A stretch of 64,000 nt of DNA from Candidatus Spongiisociaceae bacterium (GCA_965262915.1 OZ253564.1:3872001-3936000), one strand, 5' to 3'. Shown: positions 1 to 10,232, numbered from the stretch's first letter. Program-made: numbers and translations. Notes: generated from the sequence alone by a model not told the origin.

Positions 1-1341
1 CGATACGCCTCGTATCGCCTGGCTCATGTTGGTGTTGGCCAGTCGGTGGATCCCGTAGGCCGCCTCCAGCCGGGACATTCCCAGAGGTCCCGCTACTTGG
101 ATATCCACCGCTTTCTCCGCCGCGGTCCGGTCGAGCTTCTGGCTGCCCCCGGCTATGGCATGGGGGTTCAGGTAGCCGAGCACGAGGTTAACATCGGTGA
201 CGGTCACCTTCGTCCCGCCGGCGCCGTAGCAGACGGGACCCGGTATGGCGCCCGCGCTCTGCGGCCCCACGTGCGGCGCCCCGCCCTGGTCGAGCCAGAA
301 GATGCTCCCACCGCCCGCGCCGACCTCGGCGATGTCCAGTGACGGGATCCGGACCGTGAACCCGCCGCCCTGTATGAACAGGCGGCTCTGATTCATGCCG
401 CCGCCGACCTCGTGCTCGGCGGCTTCGAACGCCTGCCCGTTCTCGATCAGGGAAGCCTTGGCGGTGGTGCCTCCCATATCGAACGCGATCACATTCGGTT
501 CGCCCAGCTCGGCCGCCAGGGACCGGGCGGCTATCACCCCGGCGGCCGGGCCTGACTCGATCAGCCGTACCGGCTGGGCCCGCGCGGTACGCGAACCGAA
601 CAATGACCCGTTCGACTGCATGACCTGGACTTCGCAGTCGAACCCGATCTCGGACAGGCCCTTCTCGAGACTCTCGAGATACTGCCCGACCGTCGGCTGT
701 ATGTAGGAGTTCACCACCGTCGTACTCGTCCGCTCGTACTCCTTGAGTTCGGGAAGCAGTTCGTGTGAAGCCGTTATATGGACATGGGGGAGGAGATCCC
801 GCAGGCGTCCGGCCACCGTGATCTCGTTGATCGAGTTTCTATACGAGTGCAGGAAGCAGATGGCAACCGATTCCACATCGCCGGCAGCCAGCGTATGGGC
901 AAGCGCATCGATGTCGCGATCAGGGGGTCGTCGCACCACCTCGCCTTGTGCGTTCATCCGCTCATCAAGCTCGAACCGAAGATTCCTGGGCGCCAGAGGA
1001 ACCGGTTTCTCGAAACCGGTGTCGAAGAGCGCCGGACGACGCATGCGGGCTATTTCGAGTACGTCCCTGAAGCCTTTCGTGGTGACGAGAGCTGTCCGGG
1101 CGCCTCGTCGCTCCAGGAGAGAGTTCGTCGCCACGGTGGTGCCATGGGCCAGGCGTGTGACACCCCGGCGATCCAGGTCGGCTGGGAACAGTTCGTCCAA
1201 GCCTTGGAGGATGGCTTGCTCGAAGTCGGGCGGCGTCGACGATATCTTGAGGCGACCTCCGACTCCGTCGTCTCCCAGAAGGACGATGTCGGTGAACGTC
1301 CCGCCGATATCAACCGCCAGCACATACCGACTCTGCGACAT
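1..1341 (-). CDS. Hydantoinase A / 5-oxoprolinase subunit (N-methylhydantoinase A family), 3' end runs off the window
   Basis: Not in the ORF track because it has no stop in the window. Manual minus-strand translation from ATG at 1341 gives MSQSRYVLAVDIGGTFTDIV, and later IAFDMGGTTAKAS; both are hallmark motifs. Confidence 0.9.
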   Translation of the reverse strand, partial: MSQSRYVLAVDIGGTFTDIVLLGDDGVGGRLKISSTPPDFEQAILQGLDELFPADLDRRGVTRLAHGTTVATNSLLERRGARTALVTTKGFRDVLEIARMRRPALFDTGFEKPVPLAPRNLRFELDERMNAQGEVVRRPPDRDIDALAHTLAAGDVESVAICFLHSYRNSINEITVAGRLRDLLPHVHITASHELLPELKEYERTSTTVVNSYIQPTVGQYLESLEKGLSEIGFDCEVQVMQSNGSLFGSRTARAQPVRLIESGPAAGVIAARSLAAELGEPNVIAFDMGGTTAKASLIENGQAFEAAEHEVGGGMNQSRLFIQGGGFTVRIPSLDIAEVGAGGGSIFWLDQGGAPHVGPQSAGAIPGPVCYGAGGTKVTVTDVNLVLGYLNPHAIAGGSQKLDRTAAEKAVDIQVAGPLGMSRLEAAYGIHRLANTNMSQAIRGVS

Positions 1342-1587
1342 ACCACTCCGTTCGGGACCATCCTCTTGCGTCGGCCATGCTACCAATCAACGCCGGAACA
1401 TAGTCATGCATGCGCCCTCGGCGCTTGTGCCCTTGTGCCCTTGTGCGCTCCACCGAACTGCTAGCCTCTATCCGGGCTCAGCGACTGGGGAAAAGCCGTC
1501 GAACACCTCCGGATATCGGTCTGCCAAGCAGATAGCGACATCGATGAACGAGACCCGACCGGGTCCGTTCGTCGGAACTTCGACCGG

Positions 1588-2343
1588 ATGCGCGACGCCC
1601 TGGGGAAAGCTTCTGCGGACGGCACAAGGCTCGTCATCTTCGGCGAGGGGTTCCTCAACGGTTACCAGTCCGGCGCGCTGCTACCTGAGATAGCTCTGGA
1701 GGTCGGCGGGGAACCGGGCCAACTCGGAGACCTGATGGCCGCCGTCGACGAAACCGGCGTATCGCTCGTTTTCGGGGCTACGACTTCGAGAGGTTCCTAC
1801 CCGGGATCCCTGTTCAACTCTGCTGTGGTGCTCCGCCCCGGCCACCAGCCCCTAGTCGTCGACAAGACCCACCTCTCCGAGTTCAGGTACGAGGGAGAAC
1901 CGGTCGTCGCCGAACGGATGGACTGGGCTGTCGGCAGCCAACTCGGTCCGGTGTTCGACGTGGACGGATTCAACATCGGAGTCGAGATCTGCCACGACAT
2001 CGTCTTTCCGGAGGTGGCCAGGTCCCACAGCATGAGGGGCGCCGAAGTGGTGATCAACGTCTCCGCCGCGGTCGGGGGCTTCGACTGGTTCTGGAATGCG
2101 ATTCCGGCTACGAGGGCCTTCGAGAACTGCGTCTGGTACGTGCATGCCACGGTGGTGTCGGCGAAAGGCCAACCTCCGTTGCTCGGGCACAGCCGAGTGA
2201 TAAGCCCCGTCGGCGCGGTGGTGTGTGAGGTACCGGACGGCGCCGAATGCACCATGGCCTACACGCTCGACCGCACGTCGGTGTTGCGAGCCCGCGCTTC
2301 GCTCAAACCATTCACGGAGCGCCGCCCCGACATCTACGAGTGA
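1588..2343 (+). CDS. Carbon-nitrogen hydrolase (nitrilase/amidase superfamily); true start probably about 90 nt upstream
   Basis: E-K-C triad motifs IFGEGFLNGY, DKTHL and EICHDIVFPE; also RAFEN and GHSRVISPVG. Confidence 0.88.
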   Translation: MRDALGKASADGTRLVIFGEGFLNGYQSGALLPEIALEVGGEPGQLGDLMAAVDETGVSLVFGATTSRGSYPGSLFNSAVVLRPGHQPLVVDKTHLSEFRYEGEPVVAERMDWAVGSQLGPVFDVDGFNIGVEICHDIVFPEVARSHSMRGAEVVINVSAAVGGFDWFWNAIPATRAFENCVWYVHATVVSAKGQPPLLGHSRVISPVGAVVCEVPDGAECTMAYTLDRTSVLRARASLKPFTERRPDIYE

Positions 2344-2387
2344 TGTCTCCCCTGCCGGCCCCTAGCCCTGATTCTTCAATGGTTGGT

Positions 2388-2435
2388 CAGGTGCCAGGTG
2401 CCAGGTGCCAGGTGCCAGGTGCCAGGTGCCAGGTG
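2388..2435. repeat. Heptamer tandem repeat (CAGGTGC)x6 plus a partial copy
   Basis: Read directly, 44 nt after the nitrilase stop. Confidence 0.95.
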
Positions 2436-2589
2436 AATCGACAAGTGCGTTCTGTCGGCGCTCACCCTGTGGGTGAGACTCCTGTGCGGGGCACCCGGGT
2501 TCGTCAACACTCACAAATCCCAGGTCAGAGGTTCCTGCCCCACCAGCTTCAAGGGAGCTGGCCCTCCAAATCCTGAAGAATTGGAGCTA

Positions 2590-2734
2590 GAGGGTGCGCG
2601 GATAGGTGCTCACCCGGGGGAAACACGGAGTACGACCGTTGACGGGTACACAGCGATGACCAGGAGTTCTTCGATCTGGAGCCGGGTAGGTCCATTGACA
2701 GGGGCGGTTACGGTCCGCCTCTCCGCGCACCCTC
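2590..2734. mobile_element. MITE-like element, family A, copy 1 (145 bp)
   Basis: Ends GAGGGTGCGCGGATAGG...CCTCTCCGCGCACCCTC; highly similar to the copy at 32968-33111; flanks CTA/TTG are imperfect. Confidence 0.85.
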
Positions 2735-2767
2735 TTGCTCTCCAGCGGCGACGGCTGCAGGCGCTGA

Positions 2768-3601
2768 TCAATCGTTAGGCGATGCCGGTTCAGCCGTTCG
2801 GAGGTGGCGACGTCTCGGCACGCTGGACAGGAGAGTCCGGGTGTAGTGGTGCACCGGTTCGCGGAACACCTGCTCGGCCTGCCCTATCTCGACGATCTCT
2901 CCTCTTTGCATCACCGCAATCCGGTCGCTCATCGTGTACACGATCGACAGATCGTGGGAAATGAACAGGTAGGAAAGGCCCAGTTCGTCCTGCAGATCCT
3001 TGAGTAGGTTGATGATCTGTGCCTGTACCGACACGTCCACCGAGGAGGTCGGTTCGTCGCAGATGACCAGTTTCGGGTTCAGGGCGAGGGCGCGGGCGAT
3101 CGCCATCCTCTGGCGTTGTCCTCCCGAGAATTCGCCCGGAGATCTGTGCCCGATGTCGGAGGGCATGCCGACCAGATCGAGCAGTTCGAGAACGCGTTGG
3201 CGTCTGGAGTGCCGGTCACCCACCCGGTGCACGACCAGCGGCTCGGCAATGATCGAGGCGATGCTCATCCGCGGATCGAGCGACGAGTAGGGATCCTGGA
3301 ACACGATCTGCATTTCCCGTCGGACGTCCTTCAACTCGGATCGCTCGCAGTTCACCAGGTCGACCCCCATGAACGTGATCGAGCCTTCGGTCGGAGGGAC
3401 CAGCTGCAGGACACAGTAGGCCGTGGTGGACTTTCCGGATCCCGACTCTCCTACCAGCCCCAAGGTCTCCCCGCCGGCGAGCGAGAAACTCACGTTGTCC
3501 ACGGCCCTGATGAAACCTGGTTCGGCGTTGGTTCCCCTACGCATGCTGCGCGGCGCCGAGAAGACCTTCGAAAGACCCTCGACGACCAGGATGTCGGTCA
3601 T
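2768..3601 (-). CDS. Peptide/nickel ABC transporter ATP-binding subunit (OppF/DppF-like)
   Basis: GESGSGKS, FQDPYSSLDPR, FSGGQRQR, ICDEPT; start MTDILVV at 3601. Confidence 0.93.
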   Translation of the reverse strand: MTDILVVEGLSKVFSAPRSMRRGTNAEPGFIRAVDNVSFSLAGGETLGLVGESGSGKSTTAYCVLQLVPPTEGSITFMGVDLVNCERSELKDVRREMQIVFQDPYSSLDPRMSIASIIAEPLVVHRVGDRHSRRQRVLELLDLVGMPSDIGHRSPGEFSGGQRQRMAIARALALNPKLVICDEPTSSVDVSVQAQIINLLKDLQDELGLSYLFISHDLSIVYTMSDRIAVMQRGEIVEIGQAEQVFREPVHHYTRTLLSSVPRRRHLRTAEPASPND

Positions 3602-3656
3602 GCCAACCCCCTGCCCCGGCCCAGGACCGCGGTAGTGGCGACCGAGGGTCTCCGGT

Positions 3657-4691
3657 TCATAGGTCCGGCCCTCCTGCAGGTTCGCAAGCTGCTGATGAGC
3701 GTTCGCTGGCCGGGTGGGTGGTCCGTACCCAGTGGTCAGGCCTGATCTCCCGCAGATCCGGCATGGTCGACAGGCAGCCGCTCTCGGGGGTCGCATACCT
3801 GCATCGTTCGGCGAACCGGCATGTAGCAGGCAGGGACGCGGCATTCGGAGGAGATCCGGGAATGGTGGTGAGTCGCTCGTTGCGGACGACGGTGTGGCTT
3901 CTGTCGATCGACGGTATCGATCCGAGCAGTCCCTCGGTGTACGGATGCTCCGGCCTTTTGAAGAGTTCCTCGGCAGACGCGTATTCGACAATCTGTCCTG
4001 CATACATGACGGCAACGGTGTCCGCGACGTTCGAGACCACGTTGAGATCATGGCTGACCAGTATCAGTGCCATACCGTGGTTGGATTGAAGGTTCTTCAG
4101 CAACGCGAGGATCTCTGCTTCGACGGTGACGTCCAGAGCTGTGGTGGGCTCGTCGGCGATGAGCAGTCTCGGGCGGCACGCGGTTGCCGCGGCGATCAGC
4201 GCCCGCTGCCGCATGCCGCCGGAGAACTCGTGCGGGTAGGAGTTCACCCGTTGGGAGGCGTCGGGAATGCGCACTTCTTCCAGCAGTTCCACGGCTCTGG
4301 CACGAGCGTCCGACCTGGACATCCCGAGATGCCGGCGAAGAGGCTCGGCTACCTGGTTTCCCACCCTCAGTACCGGATTCAGCGAACTCATCGGGTCCTG
4401 GAAGACCATCCCGATGTGGCGACCTCTTATCGCGGTGAGACGTTTCTCCGAGGCCGTCAACATGTCCTCACCCAGGAAGTGGACCTCTCCGGACCGGCGG
4501 TGGACCATCCGTTGCGGAAACAGACCGACTATGGACCGAGCAGTCACCGACTTTCCACTTCCGGATTCTCCGACGATGGCCAGAGTTTCGCGCTCTCCCA
4601 CACTGAAGCTGACATTGTCGACCGCGTGTACCAGCCCGCGTCTGGTCCTCAGGTGAACACTGAGGCCGGCAACCTCGAGGACGGGCGCCAT
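3657..4691 (-). CDS. Peptide ABC transporter ATP-binding subunit (OppD/DppD-like)
   Basis: GESGSGKS, YPHEFSGGMRQR, IADEPTTALDVT, C-terminal CRFAERC. Confidence 0.94.
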   Translation of the reverse strand: MAPVLEVAGLSVHLRTRRGLVHAVDNVSFSVGERETLAIVGESGSGKSVTARSIVGLFPQRMVHRRSGEVHFLGEDMLTASEKRLTAIRGRHIGMVFQDPMSSLNPVLRVGNQVAEPLRRHLGMSRSDARARAVELLEEVRIPDASQRVNSYPHEFSGGMRQRALIAAATACRPRLLIADEPTTALDVTVEAEILALLKNLQSNHGMALILVSHDLNVVSNVADTVAVMYAGQIVEYASAEELFKRPEHPYTEGLLGSIPSIDRSHTVVRNERLTTIPGSPPNAASLPATCRFAERCRYATPESGCLSTMPDLREIRPDHWVRTTHPASERSSAACEPAGGPDL

Positions 4692-5522
4692 CTATCCCCG
4701 CCTCGCCAGCAGTCGTTGTATCCAATCGCCGACCAGGATGAAGCCCATACCAACTACGAAGATGGCCAGACCGGGCAGGGTAGAGACGTGGGGTGCCGTG
4801 GCGAGGATCACTCGACCCTCGTTCACCATTCGACCCCAGTCGGCCGTAGGCGGTTGGACACCCAGGCCTACGAAGCTCAGACCGGCGCCGAACACGACCA
4901 TGATCCCGACCAGCGGGAAGGCATATGCCAAGGTAGGGCCGAGGGCATTCGGCACGATGTGGCGCATCAGGATGAACCAGCGCGGTGCTCCGAGCGATCG
5001 AGCCGCCCTAACGTAGTCGCGCTCCTTGAGCGACTGCACGGTGCCGCGGGAGACGCGTGCTATGGGTGCTATGAGAACGGCTGTCATGGCGATGACCAGG
5101 TTGCGAAGGCCGGGCCCCAGAGCTGCCGCCACTGCGATGCCCATCAGGACGGGTGGTATGGCCAGGAAGATGTCGACCACCCGCATCGTGATCGTGTCCC
5201 CGACCGTCCCGCCGAACCCACTGACGATCCCTAGGACGTAACCGACCAGCGTCGCGACCAGAACGGGTAGGACGCCCTGGAGCAACCCGGGGCGTGCTCC
5301 CCATATCAGCCGGCTCCATAGGTCCCTGCCCAGCTCGTCGGTCCCCAGGAAGTGACCCGTCGTTCCCGGCGGTTGGAATGCGTTTCCGAGGTTCCCTTGG
5401 TTCGGGTCGTAGGGCGCCAGCAGGGGCGCGGCTACCGCGAACACCAGGGCGACCAGGACGAGGACGACGCCGACAATGTCTGCGGGGCGCAGGCCGGCGC
5501 GAACTCGTGTGGCTATCGCCAT
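4692..5522 (-). CDS. Peptide ABC transporter permease (DppC-like)
   Basis: HFLGTDELGRDLWSR, YVRAARSLGA, LSFVGLGVQPPTADWG; start MAIATR overlaps the upstream stop. Confidence 0.92.
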   Translation of the reverse strand: MAIATRVRAGLRPADIVGVVLVLVALVFAVAAPLLAPYDPNQGNLGNAFQPPGTTGHFLGTDELGRDLWSRLIWGARPGLLQGVLPVLVATLVGYVLGIVSGFGGTVGDTITMRVVDIFLAIPPVLMGIAVAAALGPGLRNLVIAMTAVLIAPIARVSRGTVQSLKERDYVRAARSLGAPRWFILMRHIVPNALGPTLAYAFPLVGIMVVFGAGLSFVGLGVQPPTADWGRMVNEGRVILATAPHVSTLPGLAIFVVGMGFILVGDWIQRLLARRG

Positions 5523-6490
5523 GCCGCAACCGAGGACTCTCGTCCGAGACTCGTGCGTGGGTCGACGTAGCGATGGATCACATCTACGACCAGGTTGATG
5601 ATGACGGTCGCGACCGCAGCCAGCAGGACAACGCCCTGGATCATCGGGAAGTCCCGGGATGAGACCGCGTGGATCGTTTGTAGTCCGATCCCCGGCCAGT
5701 TGAACACGACCTCGGCAAACACGATGGTGCCGCCGATCAGGTAGGCGAACTGCAGGCCTACGAGGTGCAGGACCATTGGCAGCACCGGTTTGATGATGTG
5801 TCGCGAGAGGAGGGCCGGGGATCGAACCCCTCGCCCTTTGGCAGCCCATACGAAGTCCTCGTCGAGGATCTCACGGACCGCGCTCCTCGAGCTGCGAGCG
5901 ATGATCGCAGCCGGAATCGCGGCGGTTGTCACCACCGGGAGGACCAGATAGCGGACCGTTTCCAAGAGGGTCGCGTCCCGTCCGATCGGGCCCATACCCC
6001 CGCCCGGAAACCAGCCAAGCTCCAGTGCGAACACCCAGACCAGGATCAGTCCGAGCCAGAAGATCGGCATCGTGCCCAGGAACACCACCAGAACCTGGAG
6101 AGTCCGGTCCAGGAACCCGTCCGTCCGGAGGGCTGCCAAGGCTCCTGATACCAACCCCACGATCAGAGCCAGGACAAAGCTCGGAACACCCAGACGAAGG
6201 GTGTTGTTGAAGCGCTCGAAGAGCACGTCGGTTACCGGAGACCGCAGCTGTATCGACCTGCCGAGGTCCCCGGTCACCGTTCGTCCTAGCCATCGGCCGT
6301 ACTGAACCGGCAGCGGCTGATCCAGTGCCAGGGCAGATCGCATCGCGTCCCGGTCCTCCTCGGCGGCATACGGACCCAGCAAGACGTTGACCGGGTCTCC
6401 AGGGGCCAGGTGGACAAGCCCGAACGAGAACATCGAAGCTCCGACGAGGACAGGAACGATCACCGCGATGCGAAGGGCTAGGAACCGCAT
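5513..6490 (-). CDS. Peptide ABC transporter permease (DppB-like)
   Basis: APGDPV, GDLGRS, AAKGRG, EVVFNWPGIG, RDFPMIQG. Confidence 0.93.
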   Translation of the reverse strand: MRFLALRIAVIVPVLVGASMFSFGLVHLAPGDPVNVLLGPYAAEEDRDAMRSALALDQPLPVQYGRWLGRTVTGDLGRSIQLRSPVTDVLFERFNNTLRLGVPSFVLALIVGLVSGALAALRTDGFLDRTLQVLVVFLGTMPIFWLGLILVWVFALELGWFPGGGMGPIGRDATLLETVRYLVLPVVTTAAIPAAIIARSSRSAVREILDEDFVWAAKGRGVRSPALLSRHIIKPVLPMVLHLVGLQFAYLIGGTIVFAEVVFNWPGIGLQTIHAVSSRDFPMIQGVVLLAAVATVIINLVVDVIHRYVDPRTSLGRESSVAAWR

Positions 6491-6594
6491 CCGAACCTAC
6501 GCTCCCCGACTGGTGGCCACTTCACACACAGACCACTTGATCCTTCCGGCTGCCGAACCCCCGATCCGGCAACCTCATCGGTCCAGGCAACTAA

Positions 6595-6738
6595 GAGGGT
6601 GCGCGGATAGGCGGACGCGACCGCCCCTACCTGTAAACTCTACGCGGTTCCACGCGGAGGAACCGCCGCTCATAGCCACAGGGTCGTCAAACGTCGCAGT
6701 CACTGTTTCCCCAGGTGAGCACCTATCCGCGCACCCTC
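6595..6738. mobile_element. MITE-like element, family A, copy 2 (144 bp, opposite orientation)
   Basis: Perfect 17-bp terminal inverted repeat (TIR) GAGGGTGCGCGGATAGG/CCTATCCGCGCACCCTC; flanks cTAA and TAAg. Confidence 0.88.
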
Positions 6739-6863
6739 TAAGACCAACGGCTCGCCCTGGTTGCAGCTGGTACGGCAGCAGGTTACGGGGCCCCGGTCCG
6801 GTCGTCAGGCGCTCGGCTATCCGCCGAAAACCGACGACGACCGGACCGGATAAGGCCCTCGAA

Positions 6864-8588
6864 TCACGCGCCGCGGGCCAGCTTGAGGTTCTGGGCCCAG
6901 GCGGCGGCCGGTGCCCATTCGAGATCGTTGCTTATGCCATAGGGTGACAGCCCGTGGAAGATGTAGATGTAGGGCCTGTCGGCCAGCATCGCCCGTTGAG
7001 CGGCCCTCAAATGACCGATCAGTTCTTCCTCGCTGGTCGCCCCACCGGTAGCGGCGAGGTGGTTGTCGACCTCCTCGTTGGAGTACCAGGCGTAGTTGAC
7101 GCCGCCTTCGGTCGGGAAGCTGCCCGTGCCTATGTAGGCACCCAGGAGCATGTTGGTGTCCCATCCCATGGCCATCGACAGCAGCGGGATCGGTTCTCCG
7201 GGTACCGGCTCGGGAACGCCGGCGAACCACTCACCGAGATATGACGTCCATTCGAGGATCTGGATCTGCATCTCGATACCCACGGCGAGCATATCGGACT
7301 GGACCTGCTCGAGTATGCGACCCGGAGTGGGAACCCCCATCGCCGAGGTGGATGTCTTGATGTTCACGACGAGGTCGGACACCCCCGCCTCGGAGAGCAG
7401 CGCGGCGGCCCGGTCCGGATCGTAGGGGAAGGGCGTGAGATCCGGGTCGTACGCCGAGTTGCCGAGCCCGTAGAACTGGCTGGCCGGTACCCCGGCACCT
7501 CGCAGAAGCCCATCGGTGATGGCCTCCCGGTTGATGGCGAGGCTGAAGGCCTCCCGGACTCTCGGGTCGCTCCACGGTTCGTGGCCGATGTGCCCTGCGA
7601 AGCCGAAGGTCACCGGCTTGCCGGCGAACTCGATGCGGAGGTCCGGGGAGGCCTCGATCTGCGGGATGCTGTCGGGAGTCAGTTCCTGTGCGATGTGGAA
7701 GCTGCCGGTGACCAGACCCGACACCTTGGTCGGTTCGTCGGCCACCGGAACGAAGATGAGCCGCTCGATGTCGGGAGCGCCGCCCCAGTAGTCGGCGTTC
7801 CGTACGAGAACCAGCTCGCTGCCCCTCTCGTAGGACTCGACCGCGAACGGTCCGGTACCGACACCGATATTGGCGAACGCGTCGTTCCCCGATTCCTGGA
7901 CTGCGGTAGGGCTGACCATATAGAAAGTGGGCGCCCGTCCCAGGTAGTCGAACCAACCGGCGTTCGGCTCCGCCAGCTGCACGGTGAACTCATATTCGCT
8001 TGCTGCCTCGTAGCTCTCCACGCCGCCGATGAACCCTGCAACGGTTGCGTTCGCCATCTCGAAGTAGTGCTCGAATCCCTCGTCGAACCACCGCCGGAAA
8101 TTGAACACCGCGGCTTCGCTGTTCCATGGAGTCCCGTCGTGGAAGGTGACCCCCTGCCTGAGGTTGAAGCTGTACGTCGTCCCGTCGGGTGAGATATCCC
8201 ACGATTCGGCCAGACCGGCGATCAGCGGAACCGGGGCCTCCAGGCTCGAGTAGTCGAGCATGGTCAGACCGTCGAAGATGTTGCAGAGAGCAATCCAGGC
8301 ATTGCCGGCAATGGTCGTATGGGGATCGAGCGTATCGGGGTCACCACTGAGTCCGAAGACAACTTCGCTGAGGGCAGGCGCAGCAGTTGTGGTGCTCGCC
8401 GGTTGCGCTGCGGTCGTAGCCGGGGCTGCCGTAGTCGTCGTCTCACTGGTCCCGGCACAGGCCGCCAGCAACAGGTATCCGACGCTGCCGCCAGCAGTCA
8501 TGAGGAACCGTCGCCGTGTCAGGCCGTTGCTTGGAAGCTCCTGCAATCCCCTAATGCTCGACAGGCTCTGGTCGACGTCTCTGTCCAT
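6864..8588 (-). CDS. Peptide ABC transporter substrate-binding lipoprotein (family 5) with Tat-type signal
   Basis: TRRRFL twin-arginine motif, lipobox LAAC, Thr/Ala linker, LAESWDISPDG, LRQGVTFHDGTP, GTGPF; RBS GGAG before ATG 8588. Confidence 0.92.
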   Translation of the reverse strand: MDRDVDQSLSSIRGLQELPSNGLTRRRFLMTAGGSVGYLLLAACAGTSETTTTAAPATTAAQPASTTTAAPALSEVVFGLSGDPDTLDPHTTIAGNAWIALCNIFDGLTMLDYSSLEAPVPLIAGLAESWDISPDGTTYSFNLRQGVTFHDGTPWNSEAAVFNFRRWFDEGFEHYFEMANATVAGFIGGVESYEAASEYEFTVQLAEPNAGWFDYLGRAPTFYMVSPTAVQESGNDAFANIGVGTGPFAVESYERGSELVLVRNADYWGGAPDIERLIFVPVADEPTKVSGLVTGSFHIAQELTPDSIPQIEASPDLRIEFAGKPVTFGFAGHIGHEPWSDPRVREAFSLAINREAITDGLLRGAGVPASQFYGLGNSAYDPDLTPFPYDPDRAAALLSEAGVSDLVVNIKTSTSAMGVPTPGRILEQVQSDMLAVGIEMQIQILEWTSYLGEWFAGVPEPVPGEPIPLLSMAMGWDTNMLLGAYIGTGSFPTEGGVNYAWYSNEEVDNHLAATGGATSEEELIGHLRAAQRAMLADRPYIYIFHGLSPYGISNDLEWAPAAAWAQNLKLARGA

Positions 8589-9090
8589 GCTCTCCGCCCT
8601 TCCCGGGACCATCCACATCGCCCTGCACCCTCCGCCCGATAGCCGTGCCGTGGCATCCCGGTCCGGCGCAACCGTCTCTTCAAACCCGAGGGCAGCATTC
8701 TGGGATGTCTAACCAGCCATAGTCCTGCTGTCAACTCGTATTGCCGGGGTCCGGACAAGGTCGGGGGCTGAAGACATGCGATACAGGCTGATGCCGTAGT
8801 GGAGTCTCTGGATTTGCCACGATACCGATCCAAGGGTGGCCAAGATGGTGACGCTGCAGTGTCTCACAGATCGGCTGTTCGAGCGCTATCGACGAGCCGA
8901 TCTGAAACGTGCCCGCTCGAAGATGTGGGTCGAAGCGGATCTCGGGAAGTCGGACCTCGCCGGGAGGTGCCTCGCCAAGATCCTCTCGGGCATCGTCAGT
9001 CACCGCATGGGGGCTTCTACCCGTCCCGGCGAGTCGTCAACGCTTACCCGGCAACCGGCCTTGAGAGCGAGCAGGCAGATCCGGCCTGCC

Positions 9091-10014
9091 TCATCCGGCG
9101 CTCCTCGGCTGCCGGTGCCCGTTGAGGCCCTTCATGGTGGCGAAGGAATGCATGGCGAGGACAACGATGAGAATCAACCCTCCTGCAAGTGTGGCCGTAT
9201 GCGGTGCCTCGCCTACAGCTATCCAGACCCAGTAGGCCCCGAGCACCGTCTGCAGCAGCAACAGCAACGCGACCTCGGCCGCCGGAATGTATCGGGGTCC
9301 GGTGGCGATCAGGCCGAACGCCAATGGCATCACGAGGAGACCGAGAAGAAGCAGCAGGATCCAATCTCGCAGGTCGGCCGAGGCCGGGCTTGCAGCCGGC
9401 AGGCCGACAAGGCCGCTCAAACCCCCTCCAATCGCCACTGCGGGCACCAGGTTCAGGGATGGTTTGGACCTCAGGACCACCAGCGTCCCACCGATTGCGA
9501 TCGCGGCTACGAGACCGGCGAGAGTGCCCGGCAGATCCCCTGCGACCAGCGAGCCGAGCATGATCACCAGCGTCGCCACGGCCCCTCCCCCGATGGCGAG
9601 CCATGTCCGTCGAGGAACCTGCCGCCGTAACACGATACGGGTCAGCAGCCCGGCGAACAGAGGGCTCAGGCTGATCATCAGCAGGGTGTTGGCCACCGAT
9701 GTGCGGGTGATCGAAATGATGAACATCACGTTGTCCAGGGCGAACAGCAGCGCCGCCGTCAGGCCGGCGAGTCCCATCGCTGCCCGGAGTTCATCCCTCC
9801 ACCTGGTCCGCTCCACTATCAGAAAAAAAGCGAACAGGCCCGGCGCCGACAGCACTCCCCGCACGAACAGGAGCGTCCAGGCGTCCACCTCGACCAGCCG
9901 GATAGGGATGCCCTGGAAGCTCAGGACGACAACGCCCACAGAAGTAATCAAGAACCCTTTGGCTTGTCGGGAGAGGGACGAGAACCTACCTAGGACCGTA
10001 AACCTCCTGGCCAC
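9091..10014 (-). CDS. DMT/EamA family transporter
   Basis: About 10 hydrophobic segments; TSVANTL, GPRYIPAAEVALLLLL; paralog of 13988-14890. Confidence 0.85.
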   Translation of the reverse strand: MARRFTVLGRFSSLSRQAKGFLITSVGVVVLSFQGIPIRLVEVDAWTLLFVRGVLSAPGLFAFFLIVERTRWRDELRAAMGLAGLTAALLFALDNVMFIISITRTSVANTLLMISLSPLFAGLLTRIVLRRQVPRRTWLAIGGGAVATLVIMLGSLVAGDLPGTLAGLVAAIAIGGTLVVLRSKPSLNLVPAVAIGGGLSGLVGLPAASPASADLRDWILLLLLGLLVMPLAFGLIATGPRYIPAAEVALLLLLQTVLGAYWVWIAVGEAPHTATLAGGLILIVVLAMHSFATMKGLNGHRQPRSAG

Positions 10015-10140
10015 TCGGATGCCACGAGCAGGATCGCAGGGTCGGCCCTGCCTTGTCGATTCCGGGATCGTGGGGCTGTCGATCCCTCCAAAGACCGGTG
10101 TCGGATGTTCAACCCGGGTTTCCCCGAAGACGATACGTAT

Positions 10141-10202
10141 CCAGATTTGGTAGATCGTGAGAACCGGATTTAGTAGATCGGATCTATCCGATCTGGTAGA
10201 TC
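10141..10202. repeat. Three imperfect 15-16 bp direct repeats (CCRGATTTRGTAGATC-like) with an internal hairpin
   Basis: ccagatttggtagatc (10141), ccggatttagtagatc (10164), ccgatctggtagatc (10188); agatcggat-ct-atccgatct palindrome at 10175-10194. Confidence 0.75.
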
Positions 10203-10232
10203 ATCCAATAGCGCGGCTCTTTCAACTTCGTG

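Noticed and set aside
10141-10202. CRISPR array
   Set aside because: Units are 15-16 bp with 7-8 bp gaps, and there are no cas genes.
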